Positions 19,401 through 25,367 of a stretch of DNA of 39,866 nt are shown here, in pieces. Position numbers and translations under genes: made by a program. How positions within the stretch are numbered: position 1 is the first letter of the stretch; every line of letters begins with the position of its first letter. Origin of the DNA: Verrucomicrobiales bacterium (GTDB lineage: Bacteria > Verrucomicrobiota > Verrucomicrobiia > Verrucomicrobiales > V1-33); the NCBI GenBank assembly GCA_947462995.1, contig CANHUG010000001.1, forward strand, positions 1 through 39,866, given 5' to 3'. The notes beneath the pieces were generated by a model. It did not search any database, had not been told where the DNA came from, and worked only from the letters and a program-made list of their open reading frames with translations.

Positions 19401-20499
19401 GCTGCTGAATGCGTCCCTCCGATCTCCCCGTCCAGCGCGCTCGCTCCTCCCTGCCCGCCGCACTCCAGTTTCCAGCCGCATCTCCCAATTCGCACACCCA
19501 GCGCGCCGGGTCCCTCCCCGCCTCGCCAATCGCACTCGTCAGTTCATAGCCAATCAGCGTCGGAGTCGGCTCCCCCGGACCAACCGTCCATTCCGAAACT
19601 AGTCCCGCCGGCAGCGGCGTGCTCGACAGCCAGCTCGTCCGCAAATCCCGGTCCCCTGCCCGCGTCGCCCCCCTCGTGCTCACCACCTCTGGCAACTCGG
19701 GGGCCACGCTCAGTCCCCAAAACGTACTCGCCGGCACCACTCCCGTCGCGATCAGCACCTGATCAAGTCGTATCGTCTGCGGACGCCGCCCGGACCGCGA
19801 GGCAAACACAAAACGATCACCCTGTCGCAACGGAGCTCCGCGGTTGAAGCGCTTCACATCCGCCCGGAGCACCCCGTCCACCCAAACCTGCACCGTGCCG
19901 TCCCGAGTCCACGCCACCCGGAAGGCCTGACGCCGTCCCGGTACTTCCACCCACGAAGCCGGCGTCGCCGCAATCGTGCCGTTCTCCATCGCAAACCCAT
20001 CCGCCGTCACAAACAGTCCACCCGCACCCCCGCCCGCCAACCGCACCGTCAGCCGAAACCCAGGAAGCTGCACCCCCGGACTGCCAAAGGCCGCAGTCAC
20101 CAGTTCCTCACCACTCAACCCGCCAAACGGCCCGACCGCAAAACAAAACTCCTCCCCTTCATTCTCCCGACCGCCACCCATCAGCTGCACCCCCCAGTAT
20201 GCCGTAAACGCCTCCATCGGCGCTGCATCCGGACCAACCATCGGCAGCCGCCACACCGCACCCCCGTTCCCCGAAAACTCAAGATCAAGCCCGCCACCCG
20301 CTTCACGAAGCATCGCCGTACCACCACCCACCGTCTGAATCTCACCAAGCCGGGACGGAAACACCGCCGCCCCCGGCGCCAGATCATCAAAATCAGCAAA
20401 GAACGTCCCAAGAGCCTGCCCCCGGACCTCCACTGCCAGAAACGCATGGAACAGGAATCCGCAAAACGCGGCCGCCAGGAAACGATGCCGGACTTTCAT
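10414..20499 (-). CDS. Giant secreted FG-GAP/VCBS repeat protein (3361 aa) with Fn3-like and Ig-like inserts and the shared C-terminal module
   Basis: Single uninterrupted ORF with an ATG at 20499 and signal peptide MKVRHRFLAAAFCGFLFHAFLAVEVRGQ. The N-terminus holds LamG/ConA-like and discoidin-like segments. These are followed by five blocks of seven (W/Y/D)D.DGD.D(L/V/I) FG-GAP/VCBS blades. Each block precedes an Fn3-like unit (AP.GL.....G.v.L.W....D..tP...LtY.lRvGt..G..d......DGrR.....G.........L....YyWsVQAvD) and usually an Ig-like unit with the FEWGTT..LG motif. The tail is DPDGDGTVNLLEFALGLDP...KFVRLRVRMR. Confidence 0.9.
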   Translation of the reverse strand: MKVRHRFLAAAFCGFLFHAFLAVEVRGQALGTFFADFDDLAPGAAVFPSRLGEIQTVGGGTAMLREAGGGLDLEFSGNGGAVWRLPMVGPDAAPMEAFTAYWGVQLMGGGRENEGEEFCFAVGPFGGLSGEELVTAAFGSPGVQLPGFRLTVRLAGGGAGGLFVTADGFAMENGTIAATPASWVEVPGRRQAFRVAWTRDGTVQVWVDGVLRADVKRFNRGAPLRQGDRFVFASRSGRRPQTIRLDQVLIATGVVPASTFWGLSVAPELPEVVSTRGATRAGDRDLRTSWLSSTPLPAGLVSEWTVGPGEPTPTLIGYELTSAIGEAGRDPARWVCELGDAAGNWSAAGREERARWTGRSEGRIQQLPAVTGPTRMRVRFHGNEGEEAVQVAELVPLLVRPYPVPEAPAIVPTVSTLLGEWPAVGAATLGGLVYSVSSPSEWFFEWGEEPDQVTRRAGGGTIAPSESSASLRAAVPGSEGLSRIWYRMVLIHGGTAIRGLVRRLERIPEAVPEVVGMVEIDWAAATLCDYDNDGDLDALLSRPASVFRSSQPQAAAQLMRTADGWMAPEDPVPLNDFSHRAAAFADWDGDGDIDLAWWVSGPTSQPQLQRLSLLRNDGGALVEAMTLPATGVTCLSWGDYDNDGDEDLVVGRTDGVKLFRNDRVRFVEVTGVGLPAHSASEIEWGDYDNDGDLDLVVTPSEWDSWVSGPPLNVVVLRNSGGRFQGIAGDFLGGRNQLYLEDCNGDGRLDVVNGGSAPAIHLNGGAEPPFGFPAPMAGAVPGSGSVRGPGARAVDWSGDGLPDIPYPATSSFVNGSIAPVVTLWNHVGLVTWSGGAWSMGSLTSGPRTSAQTALDAADWDGDGDADFLVELNSDLAILRNDNASGNRRPTAPTGLRARVEGGRVIFEWDAASDVETPAAGLAYQLRVGTRPGANDVIPSHAANDGRRLLPSVGRRRLARQFALETTVAGPLYWSVQAIDASLAGSNFAPEQMVTVGALPQVPPQVVTGDAVPEGAGGGLVRLRGELSPRGQSARWRFEWGMSPAMGNFTAWETMAAGSELQTVEAAVSNLPEGLELHYRLIGETDGGSVAGSVRRMALPWPVTVVGQASDSLTKPRWVDLDGDGRLDIVALTPSATLRLFRSTPGGMVAWSSPALTTTAAALCLMDADNDGDIDVVPEVASGVQARWFLNSGGALTAAAAMLGSGTLAPTALTPIDLDRDGLVDLTGTEGGLWAYRNLGGLFVPDQERAALQVSRGRAWWVDYDGDGDPDLSDYNAPQPVTQFAYRNDGGALQPMQLHARLRNVRHAAWGDWDSDGDPDLAAAIMEDTSVPIALREPLLIFRNTGGVFALTAEPGVREAQSLKWVDADSDGDLDLAMTRRDPGAASSAGLRPALLLNEAGAFREVGGFAPEAGADVDWGDGDGDGRMELLMSSGGSLMIARQRSVNAANQPPAAPQAVGAELGGNGSVTLRWTAPADDRTPAGGLTYHVRIGRVPGGAEVAGGGLSGADGRRRLPEPGAVHVGTSAAFRLGAGTYYWAVQAVDHGFAGGAFSPEGTFTVTNAAPEVVLAAGLGNADGSARLSGVVARRGQAVTCWFEWGTTPALGSRTANIVHPAGAGSVQVEATLTGRPAAVAHYFRCVASWSGGTVTSAIRSFERQWPAMTAGLPAVPASGVSAADYDGDGLMDLLVRHEGSGTNAQLRLYRNWGASFVEFPSPGFANFSFPVAAWADYDGDQDLDVVLSGAASGSGDLAVAYRNDGTRFVNIGLPLVQSTSSAQFGWVGRSVAWIDHDQDGDMDLIAPVSSVQVGLHENVGGVLTPAGRILVVNRGTFLVVADDDGDGDMDILTGGSGFGSNGAGTNLTLLRNHGGNFESREIGTPFSVVRSGGWIDVDGDGRVEIMAAGPGIGSSEGLAMGWRRGADDRYRPDPALTIATAAGGFIMTDLDNNAMGDFVLSSPGNATPSGVNPLGNVVSFNGSGYAGRRLELPFSRSGPALFADWSGDGLPDYFASVSTFSGAAVMRRNPGPANAAPGAPTGLLATPLGDGTVRLSWQPAVDDTTPSAALTYQIRVGTSAGAGDVVSANALADGRRRLPGAAPWRTTFAVLRNLPATALHWTVQAVDSSGRGGPFAASQVFTGEGRAPELVSVNDATIVAGGVSIGGRFRSVSPGSWAVEWRSGDGPVQISQSAALAAGIAALDASMVVPLPGDVSSGEFRVVLTNGQGVTRGVWLRFARAWAPMPFPAVPGRFLALQFGDADGDGDFDAAFKYADTSVVPTVSRLRLLRNDGSGGFGEIITELVVPEDTTLSWGDADGDGDLDLLASSDNPNASPPRFPLLLRNDGGAFVPVSAAPRSYGQARLMLADANNDGRLDVTSFVDSWTDVNRDGILDSQSGSTVTLVRPGGAGFDTLTMTPSGAAVLADFDLDGDVDAISSGSVGLVRMTALSLNHYGYFFSNGNSTTGFLSARLAAADLDGDGAPDFVMAGSWDSGSPVRVIANRNGRIDEVLAELPTIKAGSLACVDLDGDGRLDVVAAALPAVAGGPWTVSAWRNPLGQPSAPPAAPTGLVATTGLVATTEGRYVRLRWQHDGRGHTYRVRIGSAPGLNDIMPAHAGADGRRLLAENGPLSVAGGLLATLPSSGRLYWSVQAIDAGLRGGRFAPEQMVEVRLRPGVTTLSVEEIGRDSSRMRGRLDTGGLETRWYFEWGTTRALGNRTAVQVQAAAAAPVELSMAVAGLPTGDLIHYRMIAENAVDMAMGAIMTFSNAWQRMDLPGLPGNTIRMSRWADMDGDGDLDLIIQSSTSTVGTWITINRNEGGVMAPPPPEWLLTGFWLWGIVDVDGDGLPDLVVGDTRFPYTSRVLRNTGSGFVVDDRFPLQPGTTGIWTVEGGDWDGDGDLDLSVLSSNAGMRLLIRGPAGFSPGVEVPGTASASTLAWHDFDGDGDRDIFASGIIAGTSPATYWRRILVNEAGVFTEGLQGLLPSGPISATATLEFMDFDGDGDVDCTAVEPAGSSSFRMIRRDSSRYVRIGIWMAEGAGANLPSRASGFVDADGDGGLDSMALPNHNFIRSRGVGYDVGSPLVGYGGFSESSGATGWGHLDGDGMPDLCVGLKLALNNSSRANLPPDAPSGLKAEPGSELGSVLLTWQMPADDRTPRRGLTYSLRVGTTAGGKEIAFPPADLVTGVRRTMDPGEQRVPRKVMRNLSPWVYYWSVQAVDGAGIGGGFARESAFAVGMELSPMDEWRLRQFASLEAGGRAAPGADPDGDGTVNLLEFALGLDPLVSGPQPVRSRVTDGGLVIEFDRPAAMAEVVSWALEEATDPQATVGWIPSDSVLEVVGEADGLQTVRAVVPVVGQRKFVRLRVRMR

Positions 20500-20773
20500 C
20501 TTGTGTCAGCCACCACGCCCATCCCTGACAAGATTTCAATGCCGAAATACAGCGCACCTCACCAATCTGTCACCACAGCAACCCATTCCACCCCGAAGCA
20601 GAGCCCTCCCCACGCCTCTCAATTCAACCTTAACCTTCCGCACACCCATGCCAGTGATAACAGCACGCCCGCATCTCCCAGGACAACAAAATGTTAGCAC
20701 CTCCGGAACATCAGGCACCGATCATGCCGCCATCTCACCACCCCGCTCACCCATCTTCACTCCCACCCGAATC

Positions 20774-20848
20774 TGGCTCCGGCGGTAGGGTTCGAACCTA
20801 CGACCTAGTGGTTAACAGCCACCCGCTCTGCCGCTGAGCTACGCCGGA
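20774..20848 (-). tRNA. tRNA-Asn (anticodon GTT), 75 nt, CCA encoded
   Basis: The reverse complement folds by hand into a cloverleaf: TCCGGCG TA GCTC AGCGGCA GAGC G GGTGG CTGTTAA CCACT AGGTC GTAGG TTCGAAC CCTAC CGCCGGA G CCA. That gives a 7-bp acceptor, 4-bp D stem, 5-bp anticodon stem (one G-U), a U33-GUU-A37 loop and a TTCGAAC T-loop. Confidence 0.93.
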
Positions 20849-20944
20849 TCACCGCGCAATCACTGGGATTGCGGAGGGCCGTGATGTAGGAAGGGAGGAC
20901 TTCCTTTGCAAGTGCTTTTTCAGAGATTTCGTCACCCGCCCCAC

Positions 20945-20984
20945 CCAAAAACAGAACAGGCGGAACCACCAAAGGCTCCGCCTG
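20945..20984 (-). terminator. Rho-independent terminator downstream of the 136-aa gene
   Basis: The minus strand reads CAGGCGGA-gcctttggtggt-TCCGCCTG followed by TTCTGTTTTTGGG. The 8-bp GC-rich stem (20957-20964 / 20977-20984) lies 35 nt after the stop at 21019. Confidence 0.6.
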
Positions 20985-21018
20985 TCCAAATACGTGAAGC
21001 TGATCAACCAGCAGCCGC

Positions 21019-21429
21019 TCAGGCGCCCGCTTGCTCTCCCTCAACCACAAGCACGCGAAGTGGCACCGTCGACTTCACATCCCCGTTGAAGGAGACCTCG
21101 AAGAAATACGTCCCGCCAGTCTCAAAACGCAGGGGCTGGAAGTTGAGGATCATGTTCCGCGTGATGAAATCAGTGCCTTCAGGAAGCCGGATGTCCACGC
21201 TCGCCTGCAGCGGCTGCATGATGTCCTTGCTGTCGGCATCAATCATCCGAATCGTCATCTGATGCTCACCCTCGTCGGCCTGCCGGAAGCAGACGCGCAG
21301 GGCAAGAGCACATTGAGGGTGAACAATCGGCACCGCACGCGAGCCGATCGTATCGAAGGTTCCGAGAAGACACAACTTGCTGTTGTAGTCCATCGCGGAG
21401 TCACAAAGGGTAGCTACCTGAATATCCAT
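21019..21429 (-). CDS. Conserved hypothetical protein (136 aa), possibly DUF6941-like
   Basis: ATG ORF with ordinary composition: MDIQVATLCDSAMDYNSKLCLLGTFDTIGSRAVPIVHPQCALALRVCF...HQMTIRMIDADSKDIM.... The N-terminal pattern (CD.a...n.KL.lLG.fDti....P) resembles what I recall for DUF6941. That assignment is from memory only. Confidence 0.6.
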   Translation of the reverse strand: MDIQVATLCDSAMDYNSKLCLLGTFDTIGSRAVPIVHPQCALALRVCFRQADEGEHQMTIRMIDADSKDIMQPLQASVDIRLPEGTDFITRNMILNFQPLRFETGGTYFFEVSFNGDVKSTVPLRVLVVEGEQAGA

Positions 21430-21557
21430 GGGGCCGCGGTTTTAAGGCGTTCGCCCTGGCAATGCAAGAGAAGTTTGCCGGATTGCCGGAGCCCCTCATC
21501 CACAGGACACTTCGAACTTGCGGCCAACCCTTTTCCAGCGCACCGCAACCCCAGACC

Positions 21558-22076
21558 ATGCTGCACAATATCCAGCTCAACGACCTGCCCGCCGACGGCA
21601 GGCTGTTCGAAGGAGAAATCCGCATCGATTGCTTCGCAGTCGAAGGCCCCGGCGCACCACGCTTCAAGCCCCCCCTCACCTTCTCCCTCAACGTCCGCGT
21701 CGACGGCCCCGACATCATCGTCGACGGCAGCATCTCCGCACTCTTCGATCTCCAGTGCGCTCGCTGCGCCGCATGGTTCCCCTACGACGCAGGTCAGGAC
21801 GAATTCGAAGCCATCGAACCCCGCGACGGTGCCTCCACACTGGACTTGACAGCTCTCATGCGGGAACATACACTGCTCGCCCTCCCAGGCTACCCACGCT
21901 GCGAGGAGTCAAACGTTGAATCCCGCGTCTGCCCCGAGGCCGACCGGTTCGCGCCAGACAGTGACTACATACCACTGTCGGACGATGAAACCTTGACTCC
22001 ACCGCAACGTGATGTTTGGGGAGCGCTGGACCGGATCAAACCGGATCCCGGCTCGCAGGACCCGCCGAATTCATAA
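21558..22076 (+). CDS. yceD: YceD/DUF177 family protein (large-subunit rRNA accumulation protein)
   Basis: It lies directly upstream of rpmF, which is the conserved yceD-rpmF arrangement. The product has the DUF177-like core ...DLQCARCAAWFPYDAGQDEFEA...LDLTALMREHTLLALPGYPRC.E.....CPE. The ATG at 21558 (MLHNIQLNDLP) is preferred over the track start 21462. Confidence 0.75.
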   Translation: MLHNIQLNDLPADGRLFEGEIRIDCFAVEGPGAPRFKPPLTFSLNVRVDGPDIIVDGSISALFDLQCARCAAWFPYDAGQDEFEAIEPRDGASTLDLTALMREHTLLALPGYPRCEESNVESRVCPEADRFAPDSDYIPLSDDETLTPPQRDVWGALDRIKPDPGSQDPPNS

Positions 22077-22103
22077 TCCACTTCACTTCACTCCCTTTCA
22101 GCC

Positions 22104-22289
22104 ATGGCCGTTCCAAAGAGACGCTCCTCCCGCAGTAAGCAGAAAATCCGCGCCGCTTCCAAAGCGTGGAAAGCTCCGCTGCTCAAGACCTGCCCAGAAT
22201 GCAATGCCGCTGTGCCTGGTCACATCGCCTGCCCTTCCTGCGGTACCTACCGCGGCCGCAAGGTGCTCGTGATCAACGAGATCGCCTGA
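22104..22289 (+). CDS. rpmF: 50S ribosomal protein L32
   Basis: [55 protein letters not shown]. This shows the canonical MAVPKRR.S.s N-terminus, the CxxC...CxxC zinc ribbon and a 61-aa length. Confidence 0.95.
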   Translation: MAVPKRRSSRSKQKIRAASKAWKAPLLKTCPECNAAVPGHIACPSCGTYRGRKVLVINEIA

Positions 22290-22320
22290 TCCCGGACAAC
22301 TTCCCCACGCTCGCGTGGAT

Positions 22321-22356
22321 CGCCGCCGCCCCCAACTCGGGTGCGGCGGCTTTTTT
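22321..22356 (+). terminator. Rho-independent terminator after rpmF
   Basis: GCCGCCGCCCC-aactc-GGGtGCGGCGGC followed by TTTTTT (22351-22356), about 30 nt after the rpmF stop. Confidence 0.8.
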
Positions 22357-22406
22357 GCGCCCGGATTTCATCACCGCCGCCCCAACCTCCCACGCCTTCC
22401 CTCCCC

Positions 22407-23438
22407 ATGCCGATTGATCTCCGCAGCGACACCATCACGCAACCCACCCAAGCCATGCGCGCCATCATGGCCGCCGCCCCCGTCGGCGACGATGTCTTCG
22501 GCGACGACCCCACCGTCAAACTCCTCGAAACTCGTGTCGCCGAACTGCTCGGCAAGGAAGCCGCCCTCTTCGCACCCTCGGGCACCATGACCAATCAACT
22601 CGCCCTCCGCGCCCTCGCAGACTCCGGCGACGAGATCCTCATCGACGCCAACGCCCACATCTACTACTACGAAGCAGGCGGCCCCGCCGCACTCTCCGGC
22701 CTCTCCTGCCGCTGTCTCCCCGGCATCCGCGGAATCTTCACCGCAACAGACCTCCAAGCCGCTCTCCGCCCGCCCGATCAGCACTTCCCTCCCTCCAAGG
22801 TCGTCTGCGTCGAAAATACCCACAACCGCGGCGGCGGCACCATCTGGCCCATCTCCCAACTCCGGGAAATCGAAACCGTCTCCCGACACCACGGCCTCAA
22901 ACTCCACCTCGACGGCGCTCGTCTCTGGAACGCCACATCCGCCACCGGCATCCCCGAACACGAATACGCCGCCCCCTTCGACACCGTCAGCGTCTGCTTC
23001 TCCAAAGGCCTGGGAGCACCCGTCGGCTCCGCCCTCTGCGGCCCACGCGACATCATCCAGCGCGCCCGCCGGTTCCGCAAAATGCTCGGCGGCGGCATGC
23101 GCCAATCCGGCATCCTCGCCGCCGCCGCACTCCACGCCCTCGAACATCACCGCGCACGACTCGCCGACGATCACGCCAATGCCCGCGCCCTCGCCCTCGG
23201 CCTCTCCACCCTCCCCGGCATCACCATCGATCCCGCCTCCGTCGCCACGAACATCGTCCTCTTCAACGTCACCCCCGGAACCGCTCCCCAATTCGCCGCG
23301 ACCCTGGACGCCGCAGGCGTCCGCATGCTCCCCTTCGGCCCAGACACCATCCGCGCCGTCACCAGTCTCATGGTCACCGCCGACGACATCGCCGCAGCCC
23401 TGCGCATCATCGCCAAGACCCTCAAACCCGCCAGTTGA
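22407..23438 (+). CDS. ltaE: Low-specificity L-threonine aldolase (PLP-dependent)
   Basis: [69 protein letters not shown]...ENTHNRGGG...[11 protein letters not shown]...[17 protein letters not shown]. All are hallmark beta-eliminating lyase/threonine aldolase motifs, including the PLP lysine in FSKGLGAP. The ATG at 22407 is preferred over the track start. Confidence 0.9.
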   Translation: MPIDLRSDTITQPTQAMRAIMAAAPVGDDVFGDDPTVKLLETRVAELLGKEAALFAPSGTMTNQLALRALADSGDEILIDANAHIYYYEAGGPAALSGLSCRCLPGIRGIFTATDLQAALRPPDQHFPPSKVVCVENTHNRGGGTIWPISQLREIETVSRHHGLKLHLDGARLWNATSATGIPEHEYAAPFDTVSVCFSKGLGAPVGSALCGPRDIIQRARRFRKMLGGGMRQSGILAAAALHALEHHRARLADDHANARALALGLSTLPGITIDPASVATNIVLFNVTPGTAPQFAATLDAAGVRMLPFGPDTIRAVTSLMVTADDIAAALRIIAKTLKPAS

Positions 23439-23502
23439 CCAGGTCGTCCCAGCAAATCACCGCTCAACGTTCGACGCCACCGCCACCGCCACCGCCTTCG
23501 TC

Positions 23503-24828
23503 ATGTCCAAACTCCATCTCGCCGCCGCCGTCGCTGCCATCGCCGTCACCTTCGCCGTCGTCCAGTTCCTCCAGAACCAGCAACTCAAGGCAGCCCTCAA
23601 CGCCCGTCAGTCCGCCGCAATAAACCCTGACAATTCCAACGCGCCTCAGCCTCCATCCACCAGCAAGGCCAACGCCGCCACACCACCCGTCTCAACACCC
23701 GCCTCCCTCCGCGACATCCTCGCCCAGAAAGACCCGATGCGCCGCATCCAGTCGCTCCTCGACTACGTCAGCCGCATCCCAAAAGACGGAATCGCCGCCG
23801 CCATCTCCGAACTCCAGCAGGGCTCCCCGGAATGGGACCGCGAAACCAAAATGATCATCCACCTCCTGCTCACCCGCTGGGCCGCAGAAGACCCGGACGC
23901 CGCCATCGCCAGCCTCAACACCATCGAAGCCTCCAAACGCGGCGAATACGCTAGCAGCATCCTCGCCAGCATCGCCGCCAATGACCCGAAACGCGCCGCC
24001 GCATGGCTCGATGACCCCGCCAACGCTCTCGTCGACTTCCCCCTCATGGGCCACATCCTCGCCGGCTCGGTCGGCAAGGAATGGGTCCGTCAGGACCCCG
24101 ACGCCGCCCTCTCATGGGCCGCCACCCTGCCCGAAAACCAGCGCGCCGGCGCCTACTTCGGCATCCTCGGAACACTCGCCGCCTCCGACCCCGCCAAGTC
24201 CGCCGACATCGCCGCCAGTCTCCCCGCTGGCTCCGACAAAAACAAGCTCCTCGCTGACATCGGCACCTCATGGGCCCGCCGCTCGCCGGACGATGCCCTC
24301 GCATGGGCCAACTCTCTCGAAGGCACTGAACGCACCACCGCCATGCGCGGTGCCCTCGGATCATGGGCCACCACCAACCCAGCCAAAGCCGCCGATTACA
24401 TCCAGTCTCTCCCACCGGATTCCGTCACCGGCCCGCTCCTCGAATCAGTCGCCGAACCATGGACGGTCTCCGCACCCAAGGACGCCGCCGCATGGGTCAT
24501 GGCCCACCCTAACGAGGCCGCCCGCAACGACGCCATCGGCAACGTCATGTGGAACTGGACCAAACAAAACCCCGCCGAAGCCTCCACATGGCTCACCAAC
24601 CAGCCCGCAGGCCCAGCTCGCGACGAAGGCATCGACGGTCTCGCCCTCGCCACCTTCGACAACGACCCCGCCGGAGCCCTCACATGGGCCGCCAGCATCT
24701 CCGACGAATCCCACCGCGCCCGCTCCGTCGGCATCGGCATCGCCGCATGGGTCAAACGCGACGCCTCATCCGCAGCCGCATGGGCCGCCCGCAACAACAT
24801 CCCTCTCCCCGCCCCGTCCGGGAACTAG
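23503..24828 (+). CDS. Membrane-anchored alpha-helical repeat protein (441 aa), paralog of 37271-38692
   Basis: The ATG at 23503 gives MSKLHLAAAVAAIAVTFAVVQFL, an N-terminal TM anchor, then a Pro/Ser/Ala linker. This is followed by about 10 HEAT-like ~35-aa repeats of pattern W...dP..A..W...LP.g..r......l...W (for example DPDAALSWAATLPENQRAGAYFGILGTLAASDPAKSADIAASLPAG...). The part of the track ORF upstream of 23503 overlaps ltaE in another frame. Confidence 0.75.
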   Translation: MSKLHLAAAVAAIAVTFAVVQFLQNQQLKAALNARQSAAINPDNSNAPQPPSTSKANAATPPVSTPASLRDILAQKDPMRRIQSLLDYVSRIPKDGIAAAISELQQGSPEWDRETKMIIHLLLTRWAAEDPDAAIASLNTIEASKRGEYASSILASIAANDPKRAAAWLDDPANALVDFPLMGHILAGSVGKEWVRQDPDAALSWAATLPENQRAGAYFGILGTLAASDPAKSADIAASLPAGSDKNKLLADIGTSWARRSPDDALAWANSLEGTERTTAMRGALGSWATTNPAKAADYIQSLPPDSVTGPLLESVAEPWTVSAPKDAAAWVMAHPNEAARNDAIGNVMWNWTKQNPAEASTWLTNQPAGPARDEGIDGLALATFDNDPAGALTWAASISDESHRARSVGIGIAAWVKRDASSAAAWAARNNIPLPAPSGN

Positions 24829-24857
24829 CAATTTATCGCTCCACCCCGCGACTCACC

Positions 24858-25367
24858 ATGCGCAGCGTCACCATCACTCTGCTCCAGATGTGCACCCCGG
24901 AAGCCTTGCGCCCCAGCCCCTGCCCGGACCCCGGCTTCACTATCCACGAACGCCCCACCCCCGACGGCACCTTCAACCGCTCTCTCTACCTCGCCGTCGG
25001 CGCTCCATGGCAATGGACCGACAAAGCAGACTGGTCCGCAGAACAATGGCACGCCTACGCCTCATCCAATTCCCTCAGAACCTTCGAAGCCTCATTGCAC
25101 CGCTCCCTCGCAGGCTACTTCGAACTCCGACACGATGGCTCCGGCGGCATCGAAATCGCCTACTTCGGACTCCTCCCCGACTTCACCGGCCGCGGCCTCG
25201 GCGCCTCCATGCTCTCCACCGCCCTGGCCACCGCATGGCAATCCTCACCGCAGCGCGTCTGGGTCAGCACCTGCTCGCTCGACCACCCCGCCAGTCTCCG
25301 CAACTACCTCGCCCGCGGCATGTCCGTCTACCACACCGAAACCAAACCGCTGCCGGATTCACCCTAG
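24858..25367 (+). CDS. GNAT family N-acetyltransferase (169 aa)
   Basis: From the ATG at 24858: ...GYFELRHDGSGGIEIAYFGLLPDFTGRGLGASMLSTALATAW....RVWVSTCSLDHPASLRNYLARGM. This is the typical acetyl-CoA binding Q/R-x-x-G-x-G/A motif (TGRGLGAS) in a GNAT fold context. Its 3' end overlaps the convergent kinase gene by 9 nt. Confidence 0.8.
   Translation: MRSVTITLLQMCTPEALRPSPCPDPGFTIHERPTPDGTFNRSLYLAVGAPWQWTDKADWSAEQWHAYASSNSLRTFEASLHRSLAGYFELRHDGSGGIEIAYFGLLPDFTGRGLGASMLSTALATAWQSSPQRVWVSTCSLDHPASLRNYLARGMSVYHTETKPLPDSP

Noticed and set aside
10241-20447. Dozens of 60-300-aa plus-strand ORFs antisense to the giant gene (for example 14902..15801, 18025..18852, 12673..13395, 15852..16532)
   Set aside because: All are Arg/Pro/His/Ser-rich and lie opposite one uninterrupted 3361-codon ORF with coherent domain structure. 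Several end in ...ACTDQ, which is simply the antisense reading of the conserved WSVQAxD motif.
20500-20848. tRNA-Asn as an integration site for a genomic island containing the giant gene
   Set aside because: The giant gene does lie on the 3' side of the tRNA. However, I found no integrase and, scanning by eye for ttcgaacc-type strings, no second partial copy of the tRNA 3' end elsewhere in the window.
22371-23291. 306-aa minus-strand ORF antisense to ltaE
   Set aside because: Gly/Ala/Glu/Asp/Val low-complexity antisense frame. The plus frame has unmistakable threonine aldolase motifs.
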